A stretch of 64,000 nt of DNA from positions 277,144-341,143 of the forward strand of contig JABWCP010000001.1 of NCBI GenBank assembly GCA_013360215.1, written 5' to 3'. Position numbers and translations under genes: made by a program. The notes beneath the pieces are model-generated. The model did not search any database and had not been told where the DNA came from. It saw nothing but the letters and a program-made list of their open reading frames with translations. Source of the stretch: a bacterium. GTDB lineage: Bacteria > CLD3 > SB21. Numbering within the stretch: position 1 is the stretch's first letter; each line of letters opens with the position of its first letter. Shown here piece by piece: positions 41,746-50,599 of this stretch.

Positions 41746-42669
41746 ATGAAAATTAAAATCAATGAAACCTACGAAGATATCCTGACCGATCTAGTCCATC
41801 AAGACAATCGGTTTATGGCGCTAACTGCAGAAAATCGAGCGCCGATTCGAGGAATACCGGATCGCATCGGTTCGCGTTTTGTAGATACCGGCATCACCGA
41901 ACAAACGTTGATCGGTATGGCCGCCGGTCTGGCATTGCGCGGACGCATCCCCGTCGCGCATGCGCTAGCTTCATTTCTTACCATGCGCGCATTCGAATTC
42001 ATTCGCACGGATGTTGGCATTGGAGCACTCCCGGTCAAAATGGTAGGGTACATACCCGGGATATTGTCGGACGCCAATGGGCCCACCCATCAGGCCATCG
42101 AAGATGTAAGCATCATGCGCACTATTCCTCCCGTCGGTATTTTCTGTCCCGCTGATATTGATGATCTTTTGATCGGCATTCGAACGGTATTGACTGATCC
42201 ACGGCCGTTTTATATCCGTTACAATCATCGACCGGCCAATTATGTACATAGTGATCAATTTGCCATCGGAAAGGCCGAAGTCATCAAAACCGGTTCGGAT
42301 ATAGCTATTTGCACATACGGCGCTTTATTCAATGAATGCCTTCAAGCCTCGACTATACTTGAAGATGAAGGTATCTCCGTGCGACTAATCAATTTGCGAA
42401 CGCTTAAACCTATTGACAAGGAAGCCCTGCTGTGCGCAATGCGTGAAACATCGCTTTTGGTAGCCGTTGAAGATCACTTTGAGACGGGCGGGCTATCTAC
42501 CATTCTATCCGAAATTATGGTTCAGGAGACCATGACGTATCCCCCGCTGTTATCTATCGCATTTCCGACTTGGTTCAAACCTGGTTTGCTCAATGACGTA
42601 CTCGAGCATGAACGGATGACCGGCGAACATATTGCCCAGCGTATTCTCACTCGTTATAACCAAAATTAA
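41746..42669 (+). CDS. transketolase-like protein, C-terminal subunit
   Basis: GITEQ-GMAAGLA, RAFEFIR, GPTHQAIED, LKPID, VEDH. Confidence 0.9.
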   Translation: MKIKINETYEDILTDLVHQDNRFMALTAENRAPIRGIPDRIGSRFVDTGITEQTLIGMAAGLALRGRIPVAHALASFLTMRAFEFIRTDVGIGALPVKMVGYIPGILSDANGPTHQAIEDVSIMRTIPPVGIFCPADIDDLLIGIRTVLTDPRPFYIRYNHRPANYVHSDQFAIGKAEVIKTGSDIAICTYGALFNECLQASTILEDEGISVRLINLRTLKPIDKEALLCAMRETSLLVAVEDHFETGGLSTILSEIMVQETMTYPPLLSIAFPTWFKPGLLNDVLEHERMTGEHIAQRILTRYNQN

Positions 42670-42685
42670 CGCGTAATAACACTCT

Positions 42686-44035
42686 ATGACCATGACATCA
42701 CATCCCCTCAATATTGCGAACTCGGAAAAATACTATCAAAGAGCTTTGCCGCTTATTCCGGCGGGAACGCAAACGCTGGCCAAAGGACCGGGTCAATATG
42801 TGAACGGTTTTGCCCCCAAATATCTCGATCGCGGAAAAGGTGCGCACGTGTGGGATGTGGATGGAAATGAATTTATTGATTGGACGATGGGCGTAGGGCC
42901 GCTATCCCTCGGGTATGCATACCCTGCGGTAGATCGCGCGATATCCGATCAACTGAGAAAAGGAATCACTTTTTCGTTGATGCATCCATTGGAAGTCGAA
43001 GTCGCTGAGTTAATACACGACGTGGTGCCCAATGCCGAATGCGTACGATTTAGTAAAACCGGGGCCGATGTAACAAGTGCCGCAATCCGACTTGCCCGCG
43101 CTTATACCGGGCGCGACAAGGTATTGTGTTGCGGATATCATGGATGGCACGATTGGTATATCGGCGTGACAGACCGTCACCTCGGAATACCTGACGCGGT
43201 ACGCGCGATGTCGTTCACGTTTGCGTATAATGATATCGCGTCGGTCGAGGCCTCTATAGACGAAAACACGGCGTGTGTCATACTCGAACCGATCGTTTTT
43301 GAAGAGCCTCAAGACAACTTTCTGCATAAACTGCGTGCATTATGCGATCGCCACGGGGTACTGCTCATTTTTGACGAAATGTGGACCGGTTTTCGTATCG
43401 CCATTGGCGGTGCTCAAGAATATTTTGACGTCCATGCCGATCTCGCTTGCTTTTCCAAAGCTATCGCTAACGGCATGCCTTTGTCGGTGTTAACGGGGCG
43501 CGCCGATATCATGCGGCTTCTAGAAAAAGATGTTTTCTTCTTTACGACATTTGGCGGTGAAGCGCTCTCCCTAGCGGCCTGCAAAGCAACGCTGGCCGAG
43601 TTGAGCATCCATGATGTGCCGTCTTATCTCAGGTCGATGGGTATAAAAATCAAAGACGGTTATAACCAAATCGCACAGGACATGAACTTAGCCTTTACCA
43701 AGTGCGTCGGCTTGCCATTTCGAAGTATGGTGACATTTGATCCAGCGGCCGGCAACCCTCTTGAGATGAAATCATTGCTACAACAGGAGTTGATTCGACG
43801 CGGTATCTTGTGGGGCGGATTTCACAATATGAGTTATGGTCATTCGGAAGCAGATATTCAAACCACACTTGCGGCTTATGCGGAGTCTCTGGAAATATTG
43901 GGAAAAGCCGTCGGTGATCATACCGTGCGTGAAAAACTTGCCGGACTACCCATCGAACCGGTATTTCGAAAAACTACAAATTTTAACACTAAGCCGGCTG
44001 TATCACTCACAAAACCGGATGTTACTACGAAATAA
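42686..44035 (+). CDS. class III PLP aminotransferase (GSA-aminomutase-like, polysaccharide-cluster type)
   Basis: WDVDGNEFID, CGYHGWHDW, FDEMWTGFR, FSKAIANG (PLP Lys), TTFGG. Confidence 0.88.
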   Translation: MTMTSHPLNIANSEKYYQRALPLIPAGTQTLAKGPGQYVNGFAPKYLDRGKGAHVWDVDGNEFIDWTMGVGPLSLGYAYPAVDRAISDQLRKGITFSLMHPLEVEVAELIHDVVPNAECVRFSKTGADVTSAAIRLARAYTGRDKVLCCGYHGWHDWYIGVTDRHLGIPDAVRAMSFTFAYNDIASVEASIDENTACVILEPIVFEEPQDNFLHKLRALCDRHGVLLIFDEMWTGFRIAIGGAQEYFDVHADLACFSKAIANGMPLSVLTGRADIMRLLEKDVFFFTTFGGEALSLAACKATLAELSIHDVPSYLRSMGIKIKDGYNQIAQDMNLAFTKCVGLPFRSMVTFDPAAGNPLEMKSLLQQELIRRGILWGGFHNMSYGHSEADIQTTLAAYAESLEILGKAVGDHTVREKLAGLPIEPVFRKTTNFNTKPAVSLTKPDVTTK

Positions 44036-44058
44036 TTAAACCGATCGTTAACAACACT

Positions 44059-44889
44059 ATGACATCTTCCGCTTCCAATATGCCAGTTGATCTATTTTCA
44101 CTGCAAGGCCGCGTGGCCATAGTTACCGGTGCGTTGGGGTTGCTCGGTCAACAGCATTGCCGCGCCCTGACCGAAGCGGGGGCATCGGTTGTCGTTTGCG
44201 ACCTGGACGGCGACAAGTGCCGTGCTTTAGCCGAAACGCTGGGCCCCGGAGCGTTTGGTATTGGCGTCGACATCACAAATCCGGATTCGATCGGCACTCT
44301 CAAGGACGAAACTCTAAAGCGATATCAGAAGTTGGATATTCTCGTCAACAACGCGGCCATCAATGACGCCGTTGAGCATAGCGTTTCAAAGACGGACGTG
44401 TCGCAATTCGAAAACTATGCACTGAGTCACTGGAAAAAATCAATAGACGTCAACGTGACCGGCAATTTTTTATGCAATCAGATTTTGGGAACGGAGATGA
44501 CGCGTCGCGGTTCCGGAAGCATTATCCAGATTGCATCCACCTACGGCATCGTGGCACCGGATCAGCGGTTATATCGGGACGCGCAGGGAAAGCAAACCTT
44601 TTACAAGGCCGTATCGTATCCCGTTAGTAAAGCGGCCATCTTGTCCATGACACGTTATCTCGCGGCGTACTGGGGAGGTACGGGCGTACGCATCAACGCG
44701 CTATCGCCCGGCGGCGTAGAAAACGGGCAAGATGATTTTTTTATCGCTTCGTACGCGGCACGAACGCCAATGGGACGAATGGCAAGGCCTACAGACTATA
44801 AGGGTGCGCTGATCTTTTTAGCGAGTGATGCATCCGGCTATATGAACGGCGCGAACCTCGTCGTCGACGGAGGATGGACGATATGGTAG
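44059..44889 (+). CDS. short-chain dehydrogenase/reductase
   Basis: TGALGLLG, NNAA, ASTYG, YPVSK, SPGG, VDGG. Confidence 0.92.
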   Translation: MTSSASNMPVDLFSLQGRVAIVTGALGLLGQQHCRALTEAGASVVVCDLDGDKCRALAETLGPGAFGIGVDITNPDSIGTLKDETLKRYQKLDILVNNAAINDAVEHSVSKTDVSQFENYALSHWKKSIDVNVTGNFLCNQILGTEMTRRGSGSIIQIASTYGIVAPDQRLYRDAQGKQTFYKAVSYPVSKAAILSMTRYLAAYWGGTGVRINALSPGGVENGQDDFFIASYAARTPMGRMARPTDYKGALIFLASDASGYMNGANLVVDGGWTIW

Positions 44890-45386
44890 ACAATGCGCCC
44901 CTGCGCGGACGCATCGCGCCCATCAAATTATTGCTGACCGACGTAGACGGCGTACTTACTGATAACGGCGTGTACTATACGGATCAAGGCGAAGCGGCAA
45001 AGCGATTTTCAATACGCGACGGCATGGGCGTGGATCGTTTGCGAAAACTGAGATCTGTCGAGACGGGAATCATCACCGGAGAAACTTCTGTTTCCGTCAC
45101 TCATCGCGCCGCTAAGCTCGGTATTGTAGAATTACACATAGGCATATCCGATAAATACAACACCCTACTTCAAATACTTGAAAGAAGAAACCTGACCTGG
45201 GATGAAGTCGCTTATATAGGCGATGATTTCAATGACATTGAAGTGTTACGCGCGGTGGGTTTTTCGGCATGCCCGGCCGATGCCATGCCGCCGGTCATCA
45301 ATGTCTCACATTATTGGTGCCGACACAACGGCGGCCAGGGTGCCTTCCGCGAGCTGGCTGAGCTAATCATAGAATACAAACCATAG
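44874..45386 (+). CDS. KdsC-type HAD phosphatase (ulosonate 8/9-phosphate phosphatase family)
   Basis: DVDGVLTD, F-IRDG, ITG, IGDDFND, GGQGAFRE; start may be 44883. Confidence 0.9.
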   Translation: MDDMVDNAPLRGRIAPIKLLLTDVDGVLTDNGVYYTDQGEAAKRFSIRDGMGVDRLRKLRSVETGIITGETSVSVTHRAAKLGIVELHIGISDKYNTLLQILERRNLTWDEVAYIGDDFNDIEVLRAVGFSACPADAMPPVINVSHYWCRHNGGQGAFRELAELIIEYKP

Positions 45387-45406
45387 ACCAATCGGAGTGA
45401 AATGTC

Positions 45407-46312
45407 ATGCGCAAGCGAGAAGTCAAAATCGGTAAATCAACCGTTGGCGACGGGCACCCCGTCTATGTAATCGCGGAAATAGGCATCAATCACAATGGCT
45501 CCCTCGACGTAGCCAAAAAAATGATTGACGGTGCCGTATTTGCCGGGTGCAATGCGGTTAAATTTCAGAAAAGAACACCTGAACTTTGCGTACCAAAAGA
45601 TCAGTGGTACAGCGAGCGCGATACGCCGTGGGGACGCATGAGTTACATCGAATACCGTAATCGTATGGAGTTTACGTCGCAAGAGTACGCGCAAATTGAT
45701 GTTTATTGCAGGGAAAAAGGGATTGACTGGTTCGCATCTTGTTGGGACGAAGAAGCCGTCGATTTTATCGACCATTTTGATCCGCCGTGTTACAAAGTGG
45801 CTTCCGCAAGCTTGACGGATATCGCATTGCTGAAGCGCCTGGAAAAAACCGGAAAGCCGATTATTATTTCTACAGGGATGTCAACCATCCATGAGATTGA
45901 GACCGCGGTCGCGACAGTTCCGCACGAACAGTTATTGATCGCACACACGACCTCCGCCTATCCTTGTAAAGCCGAAGAGCTAAATCTTCGTATGATTCAA
46001 ACGCTGCGTGAAAAATATCCTACGATCCCTGTCGGTTACTCGGGGCACGAAACTGGCTTGACGCCGACATGGTCGGCCGTGAGTCTGGGTGCCTGTTTTG
46101 TCGAGCGGCATATCACACTGGATCGCGCCATGTGGGGCACCGATCAAGCCGCTTCGGTCGAAATTATCGGATTGCACCATCTCGTGCGTGACATTCGCGA
46201 TATCGAAAAAGCGCTCGGCGACGGCGTGAAGAAAGTCTATATGAGTGAAATTTCACCTATGCAGAAACTAAGACGTGTGCCGGCGTCCGCTATTAGTCAA
46301 AAGGCTGTCTAG
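45407..46312 (+). CDS. NeuB-family PEP-dependent nonulosonate synthase, short form without SAF domain
   Basis: IAEIGINHNG, VKFQKR, KVAS, STGMS, GYSGHE, ERHITLDR, DQAAS; 301 aa. Confidence 0.92.
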   Translation: MRKREVKIGKSTVGDGHPVYVIAEIGINHNGSLDVAKKMIDGAVFAGCNAVKFQKRTPELCVPKDQWYSERDTPWGRMSYIEYRNRMEFTSQEYAQIDVYCREKGIDWFASCWDEEAVDFIDHFDPPCYKVASASLTDIALLKRLEKTGKPIIISTGMSTIHEIETAVATVPHEQLLIAHTTSAYPCKAEELNLRMIQTLREKYPTIPVGYSGHETGLTPTWSAVSLGACFVERHITLDRAMWGTDQAASVEIIGLHHLVRDIRDIEKALGDGVKKVYMSEISPMQKLRRVPASAISQKAV

Positions 46313-46316
46313 TCCT

Positions 46317-47084
46317 ATGTCTAATACCAGCCTGGCAGCAACCGTACTTGTACTTGTCGGCGCGGTGATCATTATTGGCCTTGAAAGAATCAAGCCCTAC
46401 GATGCACGGCAGCATTTTTTTCGGCAGGAACTAGTGACGGATTTCTTTTACTACAACGCTTTTCAAAGTTTCATTCTCGGCCTCGTGATATCCGCCATAA
46501 TTGGCTGGTTGGATACTGTTTGCGGCAGAATTCACATCCCATTCTTCTTAGCATGGCCGTTCCTAGGACAACTTGCATTTTTCCTGGTACTTCACGATTT
46601 CTATATTTATTGGTTTCATCGCTGGCAACACCGCATTACGATACTCTGGCGCATTCATGAAGCACATCACTCCGCACGCAGTGTGGACTGGGTCTCGGGT
46701 ATGCGATCGCATGCATTAGAAATTCTGATTAACCAAACGATAGAATTTGCGCCGATCGTTTTACTTGGCGCTTCACCGGAGATCATCGTCTGGAAGGCGG
46801 CCATTGACGCGATCTGGGGAATGTATATTCACTCGAATATCAACGTTAAGTCAGGACGTCTGCAATATTTGATCAACGGTCCTGAAATGCATCGCTGGCA
46901 TCATGCTGTCCATGATACCCAGGCGTATAACAAAAACTTTTCTACAAAGCTGGCCATGTGGGATTGGATGTTCGGTACCGCATTTTTTCCGAAAGATCGA
47001 AAGCCCGAAGCGTATGGTTTGGATCATTCACATTTTCCGAATGGTTTTTTTAGGCAGTTCCTTTATGCATTCAGAAAGTCGTAA
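46317..47084 (+). CDS. sterol desaturase / fatty acid hydroxylase family protein
   Basis: TM helices; His boxes HRWQH, HEAHH, HSN, HRWHH; WDWMFGT; ATG at 46317. Confidence 0.9.
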   Translation: MSNTSLAATVLVLVGAVIIIGLERIKPYDARQHFFRQELVTDFFYYNAFQSFILGLVISAIIGWLDTVCGRIHIPFFLAWPFLGQLAFFLVLHDFYIYWFHRWQHRITILWRIHEAHHSARSVDWVSGMRSHALEILINQTIEFAPIVLLGASPEIIVWKAAIDAIWGMYIHSNINVKSGRLQYLINGPEMHRWHHAVHDTQAYNKNFSTKLAMWDWMFGTAFFPKDRKPEAYGLDHSHFPNGFFRQFLYAFRKS

Positions 47085-47087
47085 GTG

Positions 47088-47413
47088 ATGGCTTGGATTT
47101 ATCTTCTCATTGCCGGTGTTTTAGAAATAGGATGGGTTATTTGCCTGCGTTTATCCGAGGGGTTCACACGCGTGATCCCGATGATAGGTTACGCTGTTTT
47201 CGGGTTATTAGCCGCTTTTTCTTGAGCAAAGCACTTAAAACCATGCACGTAGGAACCGCGTATGCCATTTGGATGGGAATTGCCGTAACGGGAACGACGC
47301 TAACGAGTGTTCTTGTATACAAAGAGCCGACTTCCTGGATAAGAGTCGCATTCGTCGGATTAATCGTATTTGGAATTGTCGGCTTGCAACTTACTTCTCC
47401 ACAAAAACCATAG
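47088..47413 (+). pseudogene. SMR/DMT (SugE/Gdx-like) small transporter with frameshift
   Basis: MAWIYLLIAGVLEIGW...GFT frame stops at 47223-47225; FLSKALK...GTAYAIW continues in another frame; one extra T in the T5 run at 47216-47220 restores it. Confidence 0.85.
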
Positions 47414-47422
47414 GCCAAAACC

Positions 47423-47875
47423 ATGGACGCCATCGATGTGAAACGACGGAATATTCTAATTTTCGTGATATCAGTTTTTGTACTGCTCGTTGCAACCCAT
47501 GACGGCGAATTTTGGCCATTTTCTATTTTTCCGATGTTCTCCAAAGCAGGACAACCTTGGCAACGCATCGTGATAAGGAAAGTAGAGGCCGCGCCTTCAA
47601 ATGATTATTACGCACTTGATGAATTGCCGGGATTCCCGATTGCGTTGGATGCCTATGGTGTCGAAGCCATTGACGTTGCCGATTTTGTTCGCCATACGAC
47701 GCATTGGACACCGCAACGCCTTCAAGCATTATCTCATTTGTTACAATCGCGACCGAGTTCGCAGCAATGGCTTGTTATGCGAGTTGATGGCCAGAAGACC
47801 ATCGATGGAATTCGTATTCAGGCTGTACCACTACTGCTCTTCAACGATAGCTCCGTTTTCGAGGTCACTCCATGA
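47423..47875 (+). CDS. membrane-anchored hypothetical protein with WPFS-x-FPMFS motif
   Basis: Single N-terminal TM then EFWPFSIFPMFS; ATGA-coupled to the next gene. Confidence 0.7.
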   Translation: MDAIDVKRRNILIFVISVFVLLVATHDGEFWPFSIFPMFSKAGQPWQRIVIRKVEAAPSNDYYALDELPGFPIALDAYGVEAIDVADFVRHTTHWTPQRLQALSHLLQSRPSSQQWLVMRVDGQKTIDGIRIQAVPLLLFNDSSVFEVTP

Positions 47876-48774
47876 ATCAACTTTCAGCGCTACTATTTCA
47901 ATCGTGGTATGCGTCGGATAACGACGAGAAATTTCATTTTCGCCTATTCGAATTTTTTGTTTTATCGGGCAGCATTTATTATGCCTGGTCTTGGGCTGAT
48001 TACATTCGCCAAATAAGCGACAATATACACCCACTAGGTATCGCGCAGCACGTGCCGATAGACTTCATGTATGGTAACATGATTCCGCATTTATTTGCTA
48101 TCGTGATAACGACATTGGCCTTTCTCATTTTTTTGGGACGCGCGCATCGCTACGCCCATGCAATAATTCTTGTGCTGTTGCATTTATTACTCGTAGCGCG
48201 CGATGCGATGGGTGAAATCGGGCATAGCGCTAATTTCATCGGTCTGAGTGTTCTGGCTTTAGCTGTAGCCTATGCGTCTTGCGGCCAGGACGGCGAAAGA
48301 CGACGCATGGCACTGGGACTGACTGTTTTTTTTATCGGACTGGGATATGTATCCGCCGCGCTATGCAAGCTGATTGCCACCGGCGTTTTTTGGCCTGATG
48401 GTATGCACCTCGCTCTGTGGATCGCAGAGAAAAAAATAGACACAATCGCCCGCACGGGCATTTACGAAGCTAATCCGCTTCAGCAAATGGTTTTGACACA
48501 TCACAGTGCAGGTACGTTGATGCTTGGTTTCGGTCTCACTGCGGAATTGCTGGGGTTCCTTATTTGGTGGAAACGATTTCGCCCGTACATCACCCTCTTG
48601 CTTGTGGCCATGCACACCGGCATATCGCTTACCATGAATATCCGCTTTGACTCCTTCATTTTGCAACTCCTTATTTTAGGTTTACCTTGGCCGATTTGGA
48701 AAAACAAAATATTAGACTACATCTCAAAAGTAAGCGGGAGTCGCAAAATCCTTAACAAAAATGCATCCGTATGA
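47872..48774 (+). CDS. HTTM-like polytopic membrane protein
   Basis: Multiple TM helices; YVSAALCKL-W-DG, ELLG, MHTGI-MNI-F pattern. Confidence 0.6.
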   Translation: MNQLSALLFQSWYASDNDEKFHFRLFEFFVLSGSIYYAWSWADYIRQISDNIHPLGIAQHVPIDFMYGNMIPHLFAIVITTLAFLIFLGRAHRYAHAIILVLLHLLLVARDAMGEIGHSANFIGLSVLALAVAYASCGQDGERRRMALGLTVFFIGLGYVSAALCKLIATGVFWPDGMHLALWIAEKKIDTIARTGIYEANPLQQMVLTHHSAGTLMLGFGLTAELLGFLIWWKRFRPYITLLLVAMHTGISLTMNIRFDSFILQLLILGLPWPIWKNKILDYISKVSGSRKILNKNASV

Positions 48775-49457
48775 TATTTATTGTCGTGTGGTTATTGTTG
48801 GCATTTTGGCCGATGCAAAAAAATCTGGTTGTTGAAGATTTTGAATCCGATGCACTCGGCGGTATTCCCGCCCGCTGGTATAATCGCGACGGTACAGGGC
48901 GTCCAAATTCCTATAGCGCGGATCTTCGCAGAGGTTACCAATACGAAGTTCTGTCGGAAAAGCCCGGCAACCAATTTTTACGATACAATGGATACCACGC
49001 AAAACACCTCGCGTTCCACTTTGTCAAGGATAGACATTGGTCAATTAAGAAATATCCCGTATTGACGTGGCGGTGGCGTGCATGGAAACTTCCGATAGGA
49101 GCCAATGAAGCCTTGGATGAAAAAAATGATGCCGTTTTGAGCGTGTATGTTGTTTTTGACAAAGGAAATTGGGTAAGGCCGCCGCAGGTCATTCGTTATG
49201 TATGGAGTTCGACACTCCCTATCGGAACCATACTTACAAAATCCTCCGGGCGTCAGAAGATCGTGGTCATTGCCTCGGGAAACAGAGACCTCGGCCAGTG
49301 GATCAACGTCACGCGTTCGATCTCAGACGATTATCAAAGCCTGTTCGGACATGCTGAAGTTCCTGATCCGATCTCTCTCCTCCTATTAAGCGATGCCGAT
49401 GATACGCAAACATGGGCCATTGGCGACTATGATGATTTCTCCATAGGCAGCTTATGA
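48771..49457 (+). CDS. DUF3047-like exported protein
   Basis: Signal peptide; LTWRWR, GANE, VYVVF, IRYVWSS-LP-G, DDY-LFG, SDADDT. Confidence 0.75.
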   Translation: MIFIVVWLLLAFWPMQKNLVVEDFESDALGGIPARWYNRDGTGRPNSYSADLRRGYQYEVLSEKPGNQFLRYNGYHAKHLAFHFVKDRHWSIKKYPVLTWRWRAWKLPIGANEALDEKNDAVLSVYVVFDKGNWVRPPQVIRYVWSSTLPIGTILTKSSGRQKIVVIASGNRDLGQWINVTRSISDDYQSLFGHAEVPDPISLLLLSDADDTQTWAIGDYDDFSIGSL

Positions 49458-50599
49458 AGCCCAAGGTTCTTCACTTTAAGACAAATTTTCTCAATCCATC
49501 AGAGACGTTTATCGAACGACTTGTTACCGGCCACCAGACCTATGAGCCTATTTGCGCTTGCGCTAATCGCCGAACGCTTGCCAACAGTATCCGAACGTAT
49601 GTAATGCCAAAAGATGGTATGACGGGATTAGTCAATCGCTATGAATTGATGCTCAATCGGACACCCCGATTTCTGGATAGAATATTTGAGGATGAAAAAC
49701 CGGATATCATCCATGCACACTTCGGGTTAGATGCATACCGTATGGTACAAATATCCAAAAAAACAAAAACACCGTTGATCGTTGGGTTCTACGGATCGGA
49801 CGTCACACGACTTCCCAGAGAATTTGGATGGGAACGGCGATACGCAAGACTCGCGGCGCATGCGGACCATAGTATAGCACTATCTTCGCATATGCGTGAT
49901 CAGCTGATTCAGCTCCGGTTTCCGCCCGACAAAATATCCGTGGTTTATTTCGGCTTAGATCTAAATCGTTTTATTCATCATTTACGACCGCATGGAAATC
50001 GGATCATGTTGGTCGGTCGAATGGTGGAAAAAAAAGGGTTTTCGACCGCCCTTCAAGCTGCTCAGATACTAAAACAAGACGGCATACCGTTCGAAATGCA
50101 CTTCTACGGAGACGGTCCATTGTTGTCTTCGTTGCAGTCCTTGGTCCGGGAACGGAGCTTGCAGGATCGCGTTTCTTTTCACGGCTTGGTAAGCAATGAG
50201 CAAATACGCCTTGCGTTACATCAAAATCATATCATGATTGTGCCAAGCCGGCGTGCACGCGATGGCGATGAAGAGGGATTGCCTAATACGCTTATTGAAG
50301 CGATGGCTTCCGGTTTACCGGTTGTCGCTTCCCGACACGCGGCGATTCCGGAAGTGATCCGGCACCAAACGGACGGCCTATTGTTTGATGAAAATGACGT
50401 CCAAGCGCTTGCACTACACTTGAAGTATTTACTTGGGGCGCCAGAAAAAATGAAGAGCCTTTCCGTCAAAGCACGCCAACGCATCGAACAACTCGGTTTT
50501 TCCATTGACACGACCGTTCAAAAGATCGAAGATATTTATTCACACGTTTTGCAAAGTAAAAAATCCAAAACTCGTGATTTCACTTTCCGAGCGCAATGA
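49454..50599 (+). CDS. GT4 glycosyltransferase (WcaL-like)
   Basis: SETFI, IHAHFG, GRMVEKKG, GDGPL, EGLPNTLIEAMASGLPV. Confidence 0.9.
   Translation: MKPKVLHFKTNFLNPSETFIERLVTGHQTYEPICACANRRTLANSIRTYVMPKDGMTGLVNRYELMLNRTPRFLDRIFEDEKPDIIHAHFGLDAYRMVQISKKTKTPLIVGFYGSDVTRLPREFGWERRYARLAAHADHSIALSSHMRDQLIQLRFPPDKISVVYFGLDLNRFIHHLRPHGNRIMLVGRMVEKKGFSTALQAAQILKQDGIPFEMHFYGDGPLLSSLQSLVRERSLQDRVSFHGLVSNEQIRLALHQNHIMIVPSRRARDGDEEGLPNTLIEAMASGLPVVASRHAAIPEVIRHQTDGLLFDENDVQALALHLKYLLGAPEKMKSLSVKARQRIEQLGFSIDTTVQKIEDIYSHVLQSKKSKTRDFTFRAQ

Noticed and set aside
40790-42669. Calling these genes housekeeping tkt or dxs
   Set aside because: Substrate-binding residues appear substituted and the context is a sugar-acid operon
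42686-44035. Calling this gene hemL
   Set aside because: Sugar-pathway context, no tetrapyrrole genes nearby, and motifs differ from HemL
47040-47090. Guanidine riboswitch ahead of the SugE-like gene
   Set aside because: Only 3 nt separate it from the upstream stop codon, leaving no leader
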